Shown here: piece by piece, positions 61,200 to 64,000 of the stretch
Numbering within the stretch: position 1 is the stretch's first letter
Layout of the letters: each line of letters begins with the position of its first letter
Origin: Deltaproteobacteria bacterium
GTDB lineage: Bacteria > Myxococcota_A > Polyangia > Polyangiales > Houyiibacteriaceae
DNA length: 64,000 bases
Assembly (NCBI GenBank): GCA_034670305.1
Contig: JAXMNT010000016.1
Span: 32,001-96,000 of the forward strand
Direction of reading: 5' to 3'
Notes under the pieces: model-generated
Told to the model about the DNA's origin: nothing
Databases searched by the model: none
What the model saw: only the letters and a program-made list of their open reading frames with translations
Translations under genes and position numbers: made by a program

Positions 61200-62432
61200 A
61201 TGACTTCCATGGATGCGGACGCCCAGCTCGAAGCACTCACCCGCGGCACTGTCGATGTGCACGTTGCCGAAGACCTGCTCGCGCGTCTGAAGACCGGCCG
61301 CCCGCTCAAGGTGAAAGCCGGCTTCGACCCGACGCGCCCCGACCTGCATCTCGGGCACACCGTGCTGATGCAGAAGATGCGGCAGTTCCAGCAGCTCGGG
61401 CACGAGGTCATCTTCGTGGTCGGCGACTTCACCGCCCGCATCGGCGATCCCACCGGCAAAAGCCAAACCCGGTCGGTGCCGACCGAAGCGGAGATCGAAG
61501 AAGGCGCACGCACCTACGCCGAGCAGGCGTTCAAGGTGCTCGACCGCGACAAGACCCGGCTCGTCTTCAACAGCGAGTGGCTGTCCCCGATGGGGTTCGC
61601 CGACGTCATCCGGCTCGCTGGGCGCTACCGGCTCGCGCGGATGATGGAACGCGACGACTTCAAGACGCGCTGGGCCGAACACGCGAGCATCTCGATCCAC
61701 GAATTGCTCTACCCCTTGGTCCAGGCCTACGACTCGGTCGCGCTCGAGTGCGACATCGAGCTCGGCGGCACCGACCAGCTCTTCAACCTCTTGGTGGGCC
61801 GCGAGATCATGCGGGAGTACGGGCAGAAGCCGCAGTGTGTGATGACGACGCCCATCCTGGAGGGACTCGGCGCGAAACTCGAAGACGGCAAGATCGTCGG
61901 CGACAAGATGAGCAAGTCGCTCGACAACTACGTCGGCATCACCGAGGCACCCCGCGACCAACTCTTCAAGCTCATGAGCATCACCGACGACGTGATGTGG
62001 CGGTACTACGAGCTGCTCAGCGAGGAGCCCGCGCCCGCGATCGCGAAGATGAAGTCCGAATGCGAGGCGGGCCAGATGAACCCGCGCGACGCCAAACTGC
62101 GCCTCGCCCGCGAGATCGTCGCCCGCTACCACGACGCGAAGGCGGCCGAGGACGCGGACGCTGCGTGGCGCCATCAGTTCAGCGGACGGAAGGTGCCGAC
62201 CGATCTGGCCGAAGTGCGGGTCGCGCTCGACGGCGAGGCGTCGGTCTGGGTCAGCAAGGCGCTGGCGTCGACCGGGCTGGTGAAGTCGTCGTCTGAAGCG
62301 CGGCGGCGCATCGAGGCAGGCGCCATCCAGATCGATGGCGAGAAGGTGAGCGACGTCAAAGCCGAGCTGAAGGCGGGAACCTACGTGGTGAAGGCCGGCA
62401 AGAAGACGTGGGCGAAGCTGATCGTGGAATGA
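61200..62432 (+). CDS. tyrS: Tyrosine--tRNA ligase
   Basis: GFDPT..DLHLGH, YPLVQAYD, GGTDQ.FN, KMSKS, C-terminal S4 domain. Confidence 0.97.
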   Translation: MTSMDADAQLEALTRGTVDVHVAEDLLARLKTGRPLKVKAGFDPTRPDLHLGHTVLMQKMRQFQQLGHEVIFVVGDFTARIGDPTGKSQTRSVPTEAEIEEGARTYAEQAFKVLDRDKTRLVFNSEWLSPMGFADVIRLAGRYRLARMMERDDFKTRWAEHASISIHELLYPLVQAYDSVALECDIELGGTDQLFNLLVGREIMREYGQKPQCVMTTPILEGLGAKLEDGKIVGDKMSKSLDNYVGITEAPRDQLFKLMSITDDVMWRYYELLSEEPAPAIAKMKSECEAGQMNPRDAKLRLAREIVARYHDAKAAEDADAAWRHQFSGRKVPTDLAEVRVALDGEASVWVSKALASTGLVKSSSEARRRIEAGAIQIDGEKVSDVKAELKAGTYVVKAGKKTWAKLIVE

Positions 62433-62433
62433 A

Positions 62434-62586
62434 GGGCCGAGGGCGAGGGCGACGCGTAAGCCGAAGCCGAAGCCGAAGCTGATCCCCGATCACCGAAGCC
62501 GAAGCCGAAGCCGATCCCGAAGCCGTCCTCGACGCCGAAGCCGAAGGCGATCCCGATCCTCGAAGCCCAAACACCGATCCCCGAAG
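62434..62586. repeat. (CCGAAG/CCGATC)n array
   Basis: Seen directly between convergent tyrS and the IHF/HU gene. Confidence 0.85.
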
Positions 62587-62601
62587 GAAGCGGTTCTCTG
62601 A

Positions 62602-62976
62602 CTAGCTGGTGGCGCCGGGTTCTTCGGGGCGGGTGGGGGTGATGACGAAGCCGTCGTCGTCGTCGTCGTCGTCCATCGACATGCGCTCGGCTTCGGGGAG
62701 GTGGGCGTTGACGAGCTCTTTGAGTTCCTTGCCGACCTTGAAGAACGGGAGGCGCTTGGCCGGAACCGGGACGGGTTTGCCGGTGCGGGGGTTGCGACCG
62801 AGGTACGCCGGGTAGTGGCGGACGGTGAAGCTGCCGAATCCGCGGATCTCAATGCCATCCCCGGCTTCGAGGGCCTGGGTCATCGCCTCGAACACGCAGT
62901 TGACCACCTGTTCGGCGCGGCTCTTGGTGATCGAGCTCCGCTGGGCAACGGCATCGATGAGCTGGGACTTCGTCAC
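62602..62976 (-). CDS. ihfB: Integration host factor beta / HU family DNA-binding protein with acidic tail
   Basis: MTKSQLI, IEIRGFGSF, GRNPRTG, PFFKVGKELKE. Confidence 0.85.
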   Translation of the reverse strand: MTKSQLIDAVAQRSSITKSRAEQVVNCVFEAMTQALEAGDGIEIRGFGSFTVRHYPAYLGRNPRTGKPVPVPAKRLPFFKVGKELKELVNAHLPEAERMSMDDDDDDDGFVITPTRPEEPGATS

Positions 62977-63090
62977 GAGGATCTCCGCGTTGGAGTGGCG
63001 ATTCTATGGGCGGCGGCGGACGAAGGTCAATAGCGATTACGGACACTTGCGGATCGCCCCCCGGCGCACCGAGGCTGTATGGTGCACCCA

Positions 63091-64000
63091 ATGACCAGCC
63101 GATCCAAACGTTGGGCGACTGCGTGCGGCGTGGCGGGCGTCGGGTTTCTCGGGTGGATTGTCTGGCTCGGGCAATCCGGCGGCCCGTCTGGCAGGACCGA
63201 CGCAGCGGAAGCTGATCCCGCGCCGTTCCTGGACGTGGCGCTGTCTGTGGCCCGCCCGAGACTGCCCGAGGCCGAGGAGGTGCTGGCGGCTGCGAACGTC
63301 GAAGCGGCGTTGCAACTCAACGGGGGGCTGCCTGGCACCCTCGCGCCGGCGACCACTCGGACGACCCCCGCGTGCAACCTCTCCGTGGGAGGGCTGGATC
63401 GCGAAGACTTCGGAGCGCGGCTTCAGGCGGCGGCGTCCGAGTGCACCTCGGGTGTGATCTTCGTGCCGCGCTCCGTGGGGCTCGGCGTGCGCTGGCCCGA
63501 CCAGCGGCGGCTGACCCTCGACGATCCCGCGCTCGACCCCATCTTCGAGTCCGAAGGTCGGCTCGTCGTGCTGCAGGGGGTGCCGCCCGAGGCGGAGTTC
63601 TCCGTCGATGGCGCGCCGCGTGAGGGCTGGCCCACCCGAGAAACAGCGCTCGCAGAACTGCTGACCCGCGTGCGTCGTTCCACGTACCCGCTCTGGGTTC
63701 AGGTGCACACCCCCGCCGATGGCGCGCGTCTCGCCGAGGAACTCGAGTCCCATCCACATCTTTCGCTGGTCACGGCCGACGACATGGACCTCGCGGCCGC
63801 CCATCCCGACCGGGTCCTATTCGGATCGGGGCTCTCGCTGGAGGTGCGCGGATGGCGGGCCCCTGGTCTCGAGCCGGACGAATCGTTCGATGCGATCGCG
63901 TACTACGGGGCAATTCGGGACCGGTGGACCCGCTCGGAGCTCCCGGACGCGACGGTCGCAGCGGTGCTGGGAGGCACCGCGGCCACCCTATTGCCCGGTT
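63091..64000 (+). CDS. Partial membrane-anchored amidohydrolase_2-like protein
   Basis: ATG 63091, N-terminal TM, LDDPALDPIF, HPDRVLFGS, VLGGTAATLL motifs; frame open to the window end. Confidence 0.6.
   Translation, partial: MTSRSKRWATACGVAGVGFLGWIVWLGQSGGPSGRTDAAEADPAPFLDVALSVARPRLPEAEEVLAAANVEAALQLNGGLPGTLAPATTRTTPACNLSVGGLDREDFGARLQAAASECTSGVIFVPRSVGLGVRWPDQRRLTLDDPALDPIFESEGRLVVLQGVPPEAEFSVDGAPREGWPTRETALAELLTRVRRSTYPLWVQVHTPADGARLAEELESHPHLSLVTADDMDLAAAHPDRVLFGSGLSLEVRGWRAPGLEPDESFDAIAYYGAIRDRWTRSELPDATVAAVLGGTAATLLPG

Overview
A very GC-rich, gene-dense bacterial chromosome segment. The gene style points to a myxobacterium, probably Polyangia/Sandaracinaceae-like (inference from a MYXO-CTERM protein, zinc-ribbon/TPR proteins, a Ser/Thr kinase-ATPase-TPR fusion, Cys-rich lipoproteins and sigma54 promoters). 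Housekeeping genes: apbE, citrate synthase, deoC, sppA, gap-pgk-tpiA-secG, clpP, tryptophan 2,3-dioxygenase, tyrS and an IHF/HU subunit. Accessory genes: a secreted GH15+GH13 alpha-glucan pair, an SDR plus QueA-like pair, a type I secretion-like operon whose only ABC ATPase has degenerate Walker motifs and an upstream operator array, a TetR-MFP-RND efflux operon, a transglutaminase-elicitor-family lipoprotein with two P-domains, and an orphan T3SS inner-rod-like small gene. No rRNA, tRNA, CRISPR array, integrase or transposase was recognised. Most notable observations: (1) a signal-peptide-less protein with a Gln-rich head and a tail with Lys every 7 residues, lying directly upstream of the T1SS-like operon and about 5.6 kb from the transglutaminase, which suggests a speculative secrete-and-crosslink system; (2) nine intergenic (GGC[T/A/G]TC)n hexamer arrays, some flanked by inverted arms, with the same repeat translated inside a giant TPR protein; (3) a 14-bp direct repeat flanking the transglutaminase gene. 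All functional calls come from motif recognition by eye; no searches were run.
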